In this document: positions 8,838 through 16,784 of the stretch, piece by piece
Layout: each line of letters begins with the position of its first letter
Numbering within the stretch: position 1 is the stretch's first letter
Source: Eubacteriales bacterium
Lineage (GTDB): Bacteria; Bacillota; Clostridia; Oscillospirales; CAG-272
NCBI GenBank assembly: GCA_045594085.1
Contig: JAZNXW010000009.1
Location: forward strand, 201,775-265,774
Direction: 5' to 3'
Length of the DNA stretch: 64,000 bases
The notes under the pieces: model-generated
What the model was told of the DNA's origin: nothing
Seen by the model: the letters and a program-made list of their open reading frames with translations, nothing else
The model's database searches: none
Made by a program: the position numbers and the translations under genes

Positions 8838-10235
8838 ATGGCACAGGTAAAAATCACCGAAACCGTTCTTCGCGACTCGCATCAGTCCCTCATCGCTACG
8901 CGTATGACAACTGAAGAGATGCTCCCCATCCTTTCCGAAATGGATAAGGTCGGTTATCACTCTCTCAAGGCTTGGGGCGGCGCCACCTTCGACTCTTGTC
9001 TCCGTTTCCTCAATGAGGATCCTTGGGACAGACTCCGCAAGATCCGCAACGAAGTTAAAAACACAAAGCTCCAGATGCTTTTCCGCGGTCAGAACATCCT
9101 CGGATACCGTCACTATGCCGATGACGTTGTTGAGTACTTCGTACAGAAGTCCATCGCCAACGGTATTGACATTCTCCGTATCTTCGACGCTCTGAACGAC
9201 CCAAGAAACCTCAAAACAGCCATCAACGCAACCAAGAAGGAAGGCGGCCACGTTCAGGCAGTGCTTTCCTACACAACGAGCCCCGTTCATAACAACGAAT
9301 ATTTCGCAAATTATGCACGTCAGCTTGAAGAAATGGGCGCTGATTCCATCTGTATCAAGGATATGGCAGGTCTGCTCCTTCCCTACGACGCTTACGAGCT
9401 CGTAAAGGCTATCAAGGCTCACTCCTCCCTCCCCGTACAGCTCCACACGCACTACACCTCCGGTCTTGCATCCATGACAGTCCTCAAGGCTGTTGAAGCT
9501 GGCTGTGACATCGTAGACTGCGCTATCTCTCCGATGGCTCTCGGTACCTCTCAGCCTCCGACAGAAGCGATCGTAGCTACTCTCGCAGGTACAGAGTTCG
9601 ATACCGGTCTCGATCTCGCTCAGCTCGACAAGATCAACCGTTACTTCACTCCCATTCGTGAAAAGTACCTCAAGTCTGGACTTATGGATCCCAAGGTTCT
9701 CCAGGTCAACATCAACACCCTGCTCTACCAGATCCCCGGCGGTATGTACAGTAACCTCATCTCCCAGCTCAAGAACGCAGGCAAGTCCGAGCTTCTCAAC
9801 GAAGTTCTCGAGGAAGTACCGCGCGTACGTGCTGACGCAGGCTACGTTCCGCTCGTAACTCCCACGTCCCAGATCGTTGGTACGCAGGCTGTTATGAACG
9901 TACTCACAGGTCAGCGTTACAAGATGGTCACCAACGAATTCAAGGGCATCCTCAGAGGCGACTACGGCGAAACGCCCGCCCCCATCGATCCCGAATTCCG
10001 CAAGTCCATCATCGGAACGACCGAATACAAGAACTACCGTCCCGCAGACGATCTCAAGCCCGAGCTTGATAAGCTCCGCGCTGACATCGCTCAGTACATC
10101 GAGCAGGACGAGGACGTTCTCTCCTACGCTCTCTTCGAGCAGGTAGCAACCAAGTTCTTCGAAGCGCGCAAGGCAGCCAAGTACAATCTTGACACCGACG
10201 CCGCTGACAAGGAGCTCAAGGTTCATCCGGTATAA
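8838..10235 (+). CDS. Oxaloacetate decarboxylase alpha / transcarboxylase 5S-type carboxyltransferase, without a fused biotinyl domain
   Basis: MAQVKITETVLRDSHQSLIATRMTTEEM..AWGGATFDSCLRFLNEDPWDRLR..FRGQNILGYRHY matches the HMGL-like pyruvate carboxyltransferase fold. 465 aa, ending before any AMKM motif. Confidence 0.88.
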   Translation: MAQVKITETVLRDSHQSLIATRMTTEEMLPILSEMDKVGYHSLKAWGGATFDSCLRFLNEDPWDRLRKIRNEVKNTKLQMLFRGQNILGYRHYADDVVEYFVQKSIANGIDILRIFDALNDPRNLKTAINATKKEGGHVQAVLSYTTSPVHNNEYFANYARQLEEMGADSICIKDMAGLLLPYDAYELVKAIKAHSSLPVQLHTHYTSGLASMTVLKAVEAGCDIVDCAISPMALGTSQPPTEAIVATLAGTEFDTGLDLAQLDKINRYFTPIREKYLKSGLMDPKVLQVNINTLLYQIPGGMYSNLISQLKNAGKSELLNEVLEEVPRVRADAGYVPLVTPTSQIVGTQAVMNVLTGQRYKMVTNEFKGILRGDYGETPAPIDPEFRKSIIGTTEYKNYRPADDLKPELDKLRADIAQYIEQDEDVLSYALFEQVATKFFEARKAAKYNLDTDAADKELKVHPV

Positions 10236-10248
10236 GCAAAACAAAAAA

Positions 10249-10283
10249 CCTGATTTGTCCGTCGGACAAATCAGGTTTTTTTA
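10249..10283. terminator. Bidirectional rho-independent terminator
   Basis: 12-bp perfect stem (10249-10260 / 10265-10276), GTCG loop, A-run upstream and T7 downstream. It sits between convergent genes. Confidence 0.9.
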
Positions 10284-10289
10284 TTTTGA

Positions 10290-11558
10290 TCACTCCGTCA
10301 TCATCTGGATGATAACCTTATCCGTTTCCTTCATACCGTCGTGTGCAAGCTCGCAAACGTTTCTGATAGTATTTTCAACGCCCTTGACGACTATTCCCTC
10401 TCCTGCGTAGAACTGTGTACCGTGTCTTTGCATCTGCCATCCGAGAAGTCCCGCCTCAACTGCGGACGCGATCTTCGCCGCACAGCTCGGCTTGGCGCCG
10501 TCACATATCATACCGGAATTGATCGCCACCGCGTTCACGATCGTATGTGAGATGGCGTGCGCACGTCCGCCGTAAAGATACGCTATGCCGGCGGCTGCTC
10601 CGCAGCCCGCACTCGTGGCGCCGCAATACGCGGAAAGGCAGCCGATTCCCGTTTTCATATGTATGGTCACAAGATTTGAAACGACAAGCGCGCGTATGAG
10701 CAGCTCCTCGGTGACGCCGAGTTCCTTCGCGTATTCGATAACGGGCAGTGAGGCTGTCATTCCTTGATTTCCGCTTCCGGAATTGATAATAACGGGCAGC
10801 TCACATCCGCTCATTCTTGCGTCCGAGCCTGCCGCCGCCATTGCCTTCGCACGGTTGGAAACAGTATCGCCGTAAGAATCGAGCAGGATCCTGCCGATTC
10901 CTGCGCCCCATTTGCCGCGAAGCCCCTCCTCAGCGATCGCTGTATTATATGCGATCTGACGCAAGATCACGGGCGCGACGTCATTTATATCGACCTCATC
11001 TGCGTACTCAACGATTTTCTCTATTGTAAGGAGGTTTCTGTGAGGCTTTTCAAACTCTCCGTTCTCAGTATAGTCCTTTTTCAAAAGCGTCTCGCCGTCA
11101 CGCTCAATATAAACGATATTCGTATGATCGCCCGCAAAATGAACGACCGCTGAATGCTCGGGGGTGCTCACCAGGACCTTGATCTCAAAAATAAACTTAC
11201 CGTCTGAAGGAGCTACGCGGATATCGGTAGAATTGATATAATCAACAATGCGTCCGATCTCCGTTTGTTTGACTTCGGCAAGCACCTCGAGCTCTTTGTC
11301 TGCGTCACCGACAACGATCCCCGCTGCGGCGGCAGCGGCAATGCCGCGCAGTCCGCCCGTATTCGGGACAACGACGCTTTTGACGTTTTTGATTATATTC
11401 GAACTGACGGTAAGCTCAACATCCGTCGGGATCTCGACAAGCACTTTACGCGCAAGCGCCGCCGCATACGCAACCGAGATAGGCTCGGTGCATCCCATTG
11501 CGGCCACAAGCTCTTCCTTCAATATGCCGAGATATATTGATCTGATATTATCATCCAT
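10290..11558 (-). CDS. cyuA: L-cysteine desulfidase family protein (UPF0597, YhaM/CyuA-like)
   Basis: MGCTEPISVAYAAALA, GDHTNIVYIERDG, AAGSDARMSGCELPVIINSGSGNQGMTASLPV and MICDGAKPSCAAKIAS are collinear with my recollection of E. coli YhaM. Confidence 0.85.
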   Translation of the reverse strand: MDDNIRSIYLGILKEELVAAMGCTEPISVAYAAALARKVLVEIPTDVELTVSSNIIKNVKSVVVPNTGGLRGIAAAAAAGIVVGDADKELEVLAEVKQTEIGRIVDYINSTDIRVAPSDGKFIFEIKVLVSTPEHSAVVHFAGDHTNIVYIERDGETLLKKDYTENGEFEKPHRNLLTIEKIVEYADEVDINDVAPVILRQIAYNTAIAEEGLRGKWGAGIGRILLDSYGDTVSNRAKAMAAAGSDARMSGCELPVIINSGSGNQGMTASLPVIEYAKELGVTEELLIRALVVSNLVTIHMKTGIGCLSAYCGATSAGCGAAAGIAYLYGGRAHAISHTIVNAVAINSGMICDGAKPSCAAKIASAVEAGLLGWQMQRHGTQFYAGEGIVVKGVENTIRNVCELAHDGMKETDKVIIQMMTE

Positions 11559-11610
11559 CGTGTTACAGAGCTCCCTTGTAAAATATCAATCAGGAATTAA
11601 CATTCGATCA

Positions 11611-11639
11611 ATTATACCATATATCGACACAAATATCAA
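11611..11639 (-). promoter_or_regulatory. Sigma-A type promoter for cyuA-like gene (TTGATA-17 nt-TGgTATAAT)
   Basis: Reverse strand: -35 at 11639-11634, -10 at 11616-11611, 17-nt spacer, extended TG. An AAGGGAG RBS follows. Confidence 0.7.
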
Positions 11640-11667
11640 CGGCGAATACGTAGAATCGCGATACAAC

Positions 11668-11698
11668 AAAAGGACGGAAGCTTAGCTTTCGTCCTTTT
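11668..11698 (-). terminator. Intrinsic terminator closing the ORF-free transcription unit (bidirectional-looking)
   Basis: About 14-bp stem (11668-11681 / 11685-11698, one G-U) with a small loop. A4 and T4 flanks are part of the stem ends. It lies immediately upstream of the cyuA promoter. Confidence 0.65.
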
Positions 11699-12162
11699 AT
11701 CTTTATTCAATTGTACTTAAATTGCGATGTGTTCTTAAACCTGAGCTATGATTTCGATTAATACTTTTGCCTGTCTTCTACTGAAGCTTTGAGAATCTTA
11801 CTTACATCTTTTGTGTTTGTTGGTGTTCGGACATTCAGGATCGGATGACTGCTTACCGTTCGTAAAAATAAAATGCGACTATTCGTCCCGAAAATCACGG
11901 TGCCTTGTCATCTTATATCGCAAACGCCGAAGAAAGGTTCGCTTTGATTTCCATTAAACCTCTGCTTTCGCGTTCTTTTGCATTCCGTATTTGCAAAAAG
12001 CCTTATTCCGCACCTTTCACGGCATCGGATAGATCTACGGCACATATAATACTTCACGCATATCAGCATCATATTCGTATACGCACCGTTTTAAGGGTTA
12101 AATTCATCTGCGCCCCGGCTTTCGGCATAAAACGTCACGCTGACGCATTTTTTGATTTTTTC

Positions 12163-12199
12163 GCATATAGACATTTACATCAACGGGATGTCTATATGC
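12163..12199. repeat. Perfect 12-bp inverted repeat GCATATAGACAT-N13-ATGTCTATATGC
   Basis: Read directly: arms at 12163-12174 and 12188-12199. There is no U-tract on either side, so it is not a canonical terminator. It could be an operator or an RNA hairpin. Confidence 0.8.
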
Positions 12200-12300
12200 C
12201 GATCCTCCAGAAGATAAGAGGATAATCAAATTCGGAATAAAAAATATTATGTTTTTTCATAGGGATATTGATTAAAAACCTCCTTTCCCGAACTCAAAAC

Positions 12301-12346
12301 AAAAAACGCAGACGCCCTTTCACAGTTTGATCGGGGAGTTCTGCCG
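12301..12346 (-). terminator. Probable intrinsic terminator or attenuator at the end of the leader
   Basis: Interrupted stem on the reverse strand (GCAGA/UCUGC at 12340-12344 with 12308-12312, plus GGG/CCC inner pairs) followed by U6 (plus-strand A6 at 12301-12306) and then GUUUU. Confidence 0.45.
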
Positions 12347-12449
12347 CGCTTACCTTACCTCGTGCAAGGAAATTATTCTTACATCGCAGGCGCTCAGCCG
12401 ATCACTTCAAAAGATGAGCTTTTGTGTCCGAGGTGCATTTCTTGTTTCT
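12301..12449 (-). ncRNA. Candidate structured leader RNA or sRNA of unclassified family (predicted TSS near 12449 to the U-tract at 12306-12301)
   Basis: Bounded by promoter 12456-12484 and the terminator below. Hand-found helices are 12429-12434/12357-12362, hairpin 12408-12424, and 12398-12404/12328-12334; the last competes with the terminator stem. No ORF with a usable RBS follows. Confidence 0.4.
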
Positions 12450-12455
12450 GACAAT

Positions 12456-12484
12456 ATTATAACAGTTTGTTAACAATTGTGCAA
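12456..12484 (-). promoter_or_regulatory. Near-consensus sigma-A promoter (TTGCAC-17 nt-TATAAT) with no protein gene downstream
   Basis: Reverse strand: -35 at 12484-12479, -10 at 12461-12456, and the spacer is exactly 17 nt by my count. Confidence 0.7.
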
Positions 12485-12610
12485 GCGCTTTTTGAGATAT
12501 TTCGTCATTTTGTTCACGTGCACAAGATATTTGCAATCATTTTGTGCGTTTTGCACATAATGACGCTTGAATTTTGTAAAATAAGAAACATCAGATTTAA
12601 AAACTACATC

Positions 12611-12639
12611 AAAAAGCCGTCGGATTTGCACCGACGGCT
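12611..12639 (-). terminator. Rho-independent terminator of the MoxR operon
   Basis: 9-bp stem (12615-12623 / 12631-12639), 7-nt loop, U5 on the reverse strand (plus-strand A5 at 12611-12615). It lies 10 nt past the stop at 12649. Confidence 0.85.
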
Positions 12640-12648
12640 TTGACCTTT

Positions 12649-13983
12649 TTACTCGTTTTTGTTTTCCGTATCCTGCATTTCGGCAAAGGCTCCGGACGAA
12701 AAGCCGAAATCACTGTTTTCCGTGAAGCCGTCCGCTTTCATCATCTGTTCGAGCACATTGATGTCAGTGGAAACGTCCATCGCCTGCGTTTGGAACAGCT
12801 TATCTAGCTGTGTTCTGTATCCTACGATGAGCATGTCGAGCGTTTCCTCAATATTTTTCATTCCTGCGTCGATATTTTCACCTCTGACCCCCTGCTCTTC
12901 GAAATAAGCATATGAGTCGAGCAGCTTGAGCGTTGTGGGCAAATAATAGGAAAGAAAGCTGTCAAGCTGAGGACGGAGCGTGGGCTTTTCCTCGACAAGC
13001 TTGAATATCTTGCGCGTCAGCTCCTCGATCGTATCGATCTTTTCTGAAACAACGTGATCGTCTATGTCATCGTTGAGCTCGCGGATGCGGAGAAGCGTTT
13101 TTTCGTGATCCGTGACAGCGTTTTCGCTCTCTTCTCGGCGTCGCGCTTCCCTTCTGGTTATTCCGTTTTCACGCTCATATTCAGCCTTCGCATCATCACG
13201 CGCGGACGGCGTGAGAATGACGTATCTGATCTTTTTATCGATCAGCGCTTCATCTCCGAGAAGCCCCTTGGACTGCATATAATGCAGATCCTTCATCGCT
13301 CGCGAGATAGAAACGTCTGCAACGTCCGCAAGCTTTTCCACGGAATAATATCTCTGCTTGCGCAGAAGCGAGAGATACGTTACGATCCTGTAATCTCTTG
13401 ACTTATAATATTCCTTGAGCAGATAAAATCCTGCCGTGATCGTGGAAAACACCATTGTCGTGACAACAAGGGAAATATTGGCGATCAGTCCGCCGCCGGA
13501 GACAGAAATGACTGCACCGAGGAACATAAACGCAGAGATAGCAAGTCCGATCCACATAAATACGTTCATCGTAGTTTGTGCGCCGGAGCGCTTGAACTTG
13601 GTATTGACGTAGTTGACCGCCTTCGGCGTGCTTTTTGAAGTTTGGGCTGCCGTATCGGCGTCCTTTTTTACGTAGCTGTAATGATAAGTCGTGTCTGACT
13701 CGACGTCTGCGGGCTTTGACGTGCCCGCATTACCTCCGGAGGCAGCAGACTTGAAATCGTTATAGAAATACGACTCCTTCGTTTCGTCTGAGCTTTTTTC
13801 TCCCGTGTATCCGGAATGATAAACAGTTCGCTTGACGTCGTTTTTCTTTTTTGCGGCGGCACGCTTTTCTTCTTCTTCCGCTTCTTTCAATACTTTAAGT
13901 ATGATAAGTACAACACCGATGGGCCACGCACCTGTTACAAAGCACGCTACTATCGCCCAAATTGGAATATTAAGTCCTTTCAT
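12649..13983 (-). CDS. Membrane protein with a wHTH-like segment and a C-terminal XpaC-like (5-bromo-4-chloroindolyl phosphate hydrolysis family) domain
   Basis: N-terminal TM, low-complexity spacer, more TM segments, YYSVEKLADVADVSISRAMKDLHYMQSKGLL (wHTH-like), and a C-terminal LDSFLSYYLPTTLKLLDSYAYF that resembles the XpaC family from memory. Start set to ATG 13983 (GGAG 7 nt upstream) rather than GTG 14007. Confidence 0.6.
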   Translation of the reverse strand: MKGLNIPIWAIVACFVTGAWPIGVVLIILKVLKEAEEEEKRAAAKKKNDVKRTVYHSGYTGEKSSDETKESYFYNDFKSAASGGNAGTSKPADVESDTTYHYSYVKKDADTAAQTSKSTPKAVNYVNTKFKRSGAQTTMNVFMWIGLAISAFMFLGAVISVSGGGLIANISLVVTTMVFSTITAGFYLLKEYYKSRDYRIVTYLSLLRKQRYYSVEKLADVADVSISRAMKDLHYMQSKGLLGDEALIDKKIRYVILTPSARDDAKAEYERENGITRREARRREESENAVTDHEKTLLRIRELNDDIDDHVVSEKIDTIEELTRKIFKLVEEKPTLRPQLDSFLSYYLPTTLKLLDSYAYFEEQGVRGENIDAGMKNIEETLDMLIVGYRTQLDKLFQTQAMDVSTDINVLEQMMKADGFTENSDFGFSSGAFAEMQDTENKNE

Positions 13984-14040
13984 ATAGATCTCCGTTCCAC
14001 CACTCACGGCGGCAAAAATTATAGTTTATATTAATAAGTA

Positions 14041-15501
14041 TCACTCGTCAAAATTATTACGAATGATGCGGCACATCGCTTTAACCGCCTCGTCGCACTT
14101 TTCCTCTGCCGGCTCGGCTTCGATGTAATTAACGGACTCGATCGCATCCGTAACGGCAGTAAGATCGTTGTTCGCAGAGCGTGCCATCACCCTCGCTTTT
14201 GTTTCGCGCGGAGTTTCGGAGCGTCTCACACCGTATCCGAGTGAGCGGAATACGGAAAGCATCGTAACGTACGCGTACCGTATCTGATGTGTCGCGGTCG
14301 GCAGGCTGTTAAGGTACGATATAAACTCACGGTAAGATCGCTTTTTCTCGGTCTTGGGATCATATGCACGTATTGCCGCGTCCTGAAGGCTGATCGTCTC
14401 GTCCATATAGTTTGCAAATTGACGAGACATAGACGCTCCGCTCATGGATCTGTACTCGCGTGCGTTCATAAAGAACATAAACAGCTCACGAAGCCAGAGC
14501 TTGATCTTTTCGAGGATCTTCTTCGTAAGTGCATGACCGCGGAACGCAAAAAAGACGAGCGCAACGATAAATATCGCAATACAAAGAACGATGAGCAGTT
14601 TGTCTCCGATAGGTTGATTTTCGAGCATTACATCGGAAAAGTCCGCGTGCGCATCATCGGAATCGTAATATCCGTCCTCAGTACTTGAGCTGACGTTAAA
14701 AAGCTTAACGGCAACGTAAATGAATATGAATTTCAAAAGGAATCCTACGCCTGTAAAGATTGCGGCAAAGATAATGAGTATGAACAGAACGGCAAAAGAC
14801 GCAACCAGCATCAGCTTCAGATTATAGTATTTTCCTTCGTTTGAGATAGCTGTCAGAGTGCCTGTAACGCCCTTACGTATGTGAGTCTGATTCAAGACGA
14901 TAAACGAGCACGTAAAAAATACTATCAGTGACACAGACATCAGGGTAGTCGGAACAGACATCACCGTTGAAACGGCAAAAACGACACCCATAATGCCGAA
15001 ATAAGTGAACATAGATCGCATCGATATGATTCGATGCGGAGGATAGAACCACAGCACGATTCCCGCAAACACAAGCCCAAACACGGCGATCATTCCTATA
15101 TACGGGTAAAGCGACTGCGAGTCATAAGTGTAAACGTATCCGTTCAGGTATGCACGATAGAGGATTCTGTCGATTACGATGCGCGAAACAATCGCTATGA
15201 TAGCCGCTACGACTATCGGTCCTGCGGCACGAAGCGGCTGAAACGGCTTTACTGCTGCCTCATATCCGCTTTCATCGTCGTAGCCCTCACGCGAGTTATG
15301 TCTCGACATCGTGACGGCTCCGTAAAACGCCTGCATTCCATATCCGACGGCAAAAAGCACGAACGAAACGATATAAACGTACGGCCAATAATTTTTCGGC
15401 AAGAACCAATAAAAGAAGAAATAAACGATCGGAACTATTACGGACACAACGGCAATTACCGCAAGTATCTTATAGAATTTTTTAAACAGGTAATCTGTCA
15501 T
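14041..15501 (-). CDS. Polytopic membrane protein with a C-terminal DUF4129-like domain
   Basis: At least 8 hydrophobic segments. The C-terminus (..GYGVRRSETPRETKARV..) is like the DUF4129 T-P-x-E motif. It has the usual position after DUF58 in MoxR operons. Start uncertain: ATG 15501 or TTG 15531. Confidence 0.65.
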   Translation of the reverse strand: MTDYLFKKFYKILAVIAVVSVIVPIVYFFFYWFLPKNYWPYVYIVSFVLFAVGYGMQAFYGAVTMSRHNSREGYDDESGYEAAVKPFQPLRAAGPIVVAAIIAIVSRIVIDRILYRAYLNGYVYTYDSQSLYPYIGMIAVFGLVFAGIVLWFYPPHRIISMRSMFTYFGIMGVVFAVSTVMSVPTTLMSVSLIVFFTCSFIVLNQTHIRKGVTGTLTAISNEGKYYNLKLMLVASFAVLFILIIFAAIFTGVGFLLKFIFIYVAVKLFNVSSSTEDGYYDSDDAHADFSDVMLENQPIGDKLLIVLCIAIFIVALVFFAFRGHALTKKILEKIKLWLRELFMFFMNAREYRSMSGASMSRQFANYMDETISLQDAAIRAYDPKTEKKRSYREFISYLNSLPTATHQIRYAYVTMLSVFRSLGYGVRRSETPRETKARVMARSANNDLTAVTDAIESVNYIEAEPAEEKCDEAVKAMCRIIRNNFDE

Positions 15502-15527
15502 TTCCGTACACCGTCCTTTCGTTAAAT

Positions 15528-16736
15528 TCAATTTTCAAAATGTGTTTTGTAATAGACCTCGATGTGAGGCGGAACTATGTCGGCATTTCTGTTCGTCGTG
15601 GTGACGTAGAATATGACGTGAACGCCGTTTTTCTCCATTTCGTCGTGGAAAATTATCATTCGGTTACTGATATACGCAGAAACAACGATAAGATTGCCGG
15701 ACTCGGAAAAAACGTCGTGATGCTCAAGGATATAATCGAGCATTTTTTCAACCGGGCAGGACATTTCCGTCCGCAATGACGACAAAAGCCGCAAAGCGGA
15801 GATCATATCACGTTTGCCCTCAAAGGCAGGCGTGAAAAGAATGCTCCGTCCGATGCCCTCGGTGTCTGCGGCGTATTCCTCGGACACCGCCTCTGGCGGC
15901 GTATTGGAAATAAGACGCACGGGCACGTTTTCGGAGGAGATACGGTCGAGGATCGACGCGGTAACCGTAATGCACTGCTCGATGCTGTCGGGACTCGACG
16001 GATAACGAGGATCCTTTTCGATGTCTCGCGAGTTCATATTGAGCATTATATTGAATCGGTGACGCTGCGTGAATTCCTCGTTGTTTACCATCAGCTTGCC
16101 GTGGACCGCCGTTTGCTTCCAGTTGATCTTATTCATCGGATCGAACGTTGTATATTCACGTGCGCCCGCGATGCGCAGCGGATCTGTGAGAAGGCTATGG
16201 TTTTTTATAACGTCGCCGCTGTGATAAAACGACGAAGTAAAATGCTCCTCGAGATTTACGGTACGCGGCAAAACCACGACGGTATTGGTCTTATTGGGTT
16301 CGCATCTGAAGCCCTTGGACGTAGGGTTCATACCGAACAGATCGTTTGACACAACGGTAGCGTCACCGACGCTGTAGATGCCGCGCGTGCGGCAGTTGAC
16401 GCGCCAGCGTCTGCGTATCTTTTCCTTGCTTTTGAGCACAAAAACGCTCGCAACGCGGTCACGGAATATATCGTACGGTTTACCCGTCTTTTTATCGTAT
16501 TCAATTATGCGAAAATTAAGTCCCTTCGGAAGCGAGGTGTCGACCTTCGTATACGGCACGGGAATATATTTATCGTTTGTGATCTCCTCATAGATAAATA
16601 TGTCCTCTCCCTCAAAAACCTCCTCGGAGCTTACCGTAACCTTATAGTCTATATCGTCAAACGTATGCTTATCGTACAGTTTTTGCTGCCAAATATACAC
16701 AATAAGCACAGCTACGATCAAAGCCAGATACAGCAT
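15528..16736 (-). CDS. DUF58 domain protein (MoxR-associated)
   Basis: N-terminal TM plus AGAREYTTFDPMNKINWKQTAVHGKLMV (DUF58 signature R-x-Y..D....I-W-K.tA). It lies immediately downstream of MoxR. Confidence 0.8.
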   Translation of the reverse strand: MLYLALIVAVLIVYIWQQKLYDKHTFDDIDYKVTVSSEEVFEGEDIFIYEEITNDKYIPVPYTKVDTSLPKGLNFRIIEYDKKTGKPYDIFRDRVASVFVLKSKEKIRRRWRVNCRTRGIYSVGDATVVSNDLFGMNPTSKGFRCEPNKTNTVVVLPRTVNLEEHFTSSFYHSGDVIKNHSLLTDPLRIAGAREYTTFDPMNKINWKQTAVHGKLMVNNEEFTQRHRFNIMLNMNSRDIEKDPRYPSSPDSIEQCITVTASILDRISSENVPVRLISNTPPEAVSEEYAADTEGIGRSILFTPAFEGKRDMISALRLLSSLRTEMSCPVEKMLDYILEHHDVFSESGNLIVVSAYISNRMIIFHDEMEKNGVHVIFYVTTTNRNADIVPPHIEVYYKTHFEN

Positions 16737-16784
16737 TGAGATTTTCCCTTTCTTTCGGAATGTTTTTCTTCGGTAAAATACCGT

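Noticed and set aside
8814-10244. 476-aa reverse-strand ORF opposite the OadA-like gene.
   Set aside because: Same mirror-ORF reasoning. It would also have to start inside a terminator region without an RBS.
11905-12225. 106-aa + strand ORF, the only track ORF lying wholly inside the 1.1-kb coding desert.
   Set aside because: It has no RBS before its start. Its composition is basic and aromatic-rich and irregular with no recognisable domain, and it runs opposite to the promoter/terminator logic of the region.
12003-12240. 8-bp long-range complementarity (TTATTCCG at 12003-12010 with CGGAATAA at 12233-12240) as evidence for a large RNA fold.
   Set aside because: My rough estimate is that several 8-mer complementary pairs are expected by chance in ~900 nt, so this has no evidential weight without covariation.
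12301-12449. Partial resemblance of GCACGAGGUAAGGUAAGCGCGG to the 3' portion of GEMM-I (c-di-GMP-I), and of its complement to the ACCUCGUAAGCG block of ydaO (c-di-AMP) riboswitches.
   Set aside because: The other conserved cores of those classes are absent (GGCAAACC / GACGCAAAGCC for GEMM-I; GGGGACCCA / GGGUGAAUC pseudo-symmetric halves for ydaO), so the resemblance is probably coincidental. It needs cmsearch to settle.
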